Virus record (IMG/VR): IMGVR_UViG_3300037046_000058
Location: 1-49,293 of that record
Length of the DNA: 49,293 bases
Reading direction: 5' to 3' (one strand)
Origin: a virus
Taxonomy: Duplodnaviria > Caudoviricetes
Positions within the stretch are counted from its first letter, which is position 1, and each line of letters opens with the position of its first letter. The position numbers and the translations under genes are program-made. Shown one piece after another: positions 48,995-49,293 of this stretch. The notes under the pieces are model-generated. The model had not been told where the DNA came from, searched no databases, and saw only the letters and a program-made list of their open reading frames with translations.

Positions 48995-49008
48995 GTTATA
49001 TAGTTATC
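48995..49008 (-). promoter_or_regulatory. BRE/TATA promoter of the T4SS-like operon
   Basis: GATAACTATATAAC about 35 nt upstream of the pilin ATG. Confidence 0.65.
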
Positions 49009-49046
49009 CATAAGTTTATATTGATTAACTACTTATTATATACTTT

Positions 49047-49214
49047 ATGAGAGGAACTTTTTACAAAAAAGAAGGCAAAACTATTGCGATTATAAATATA
49101 GTCGGGATTGTCGATGGCGAGATTCCGTTTGAGAATCGAGATGATTTAATCGTGCAATATGATCCAGACAGAGGATTATTAGTGATGAAGGAATCGAGGA
49201 AGGTAAAACTATAA
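49047..49214 (+). CDS. Small AbrB-like protein (55 aa)
   Basis: MRGTFYKKEGKTIAII…IPFENRDDLIVQYDPDRGLLVMK; divergent from the pilin gene; TATA-rich upstream region. Confidence 0.55.
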   Translation: MRGTFYKKEGKTIAIINIVGIVDGEIPFENRDDLIVQYDPDRGLLVMKESRKVKL

Positions 49215-49293
49215 AGTCAACGTCCCCGTTCTAAAGAACGGGGCATGGGCTAACAAGATAAAGAGGATGCGTAAATGAACAAGACAGAAAAGG
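49215..49293 (+). repeat. Copy 3 of the IS200/IS605-end-like hairpin element
   Basis: AGTCAACGT-CCCCGTTC TAAA GAACGGGG-CATGGG…GAGGATGCGTAAA. Confidence 0.8.

Overview
A 49.3 kb AT-rich, gene-dense segment of a probable archaeal tailed-virus-like mobile element. A Methanosarcinales/ANME-type host is inferred from BRE/TATA promoters, GAGG/GGTGA RBSs, a cohesin domain, Ig/FN3-like glycoprotein domains, an ERCC4 nuclease and a RadB-like ATPase. There are five modules. (1) 1-21.3 kb (+): holin-like genes, four signal-peptide proteins packed with N-glycosylation sequons, then a head-tail-connector-like gene, a tail tube, a 1651-aa internally duplicated ejection-like protein with a dead SNase fold, tail/fibre genes and a papain-like protease. 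(2) 21.4-32.8 kb (-): cohesin, ERCC4, radical SAM, a hexapeptide-repeat protein, a RecA-family ATPase, a Gam/Gp157-like gene, an atypical tRNA-Ala(UGC) within a chain of hairpins, and a DUF3560-like gene. (3) 33-36 kb (+): regulators and a D5/P4-type SF3 helicase with iteron-like repeats. (4) 36-43 kb: ArdC, YopX, a DNA methyltransferase and IS200/IS605-like hairpin repeats. (5) 43.3-49 kb (-): a compact T4SS-like operon (pilin, VirB6-like, PrgI-like, VirB4). The leading hypothesis is a virus/conjugative hybrid element. No capsid, portal, terminase, integrase, polymerase, relaxase or VirD4 is recognisable in the window. All family calls come from motif recognition by eye; no searches were run.
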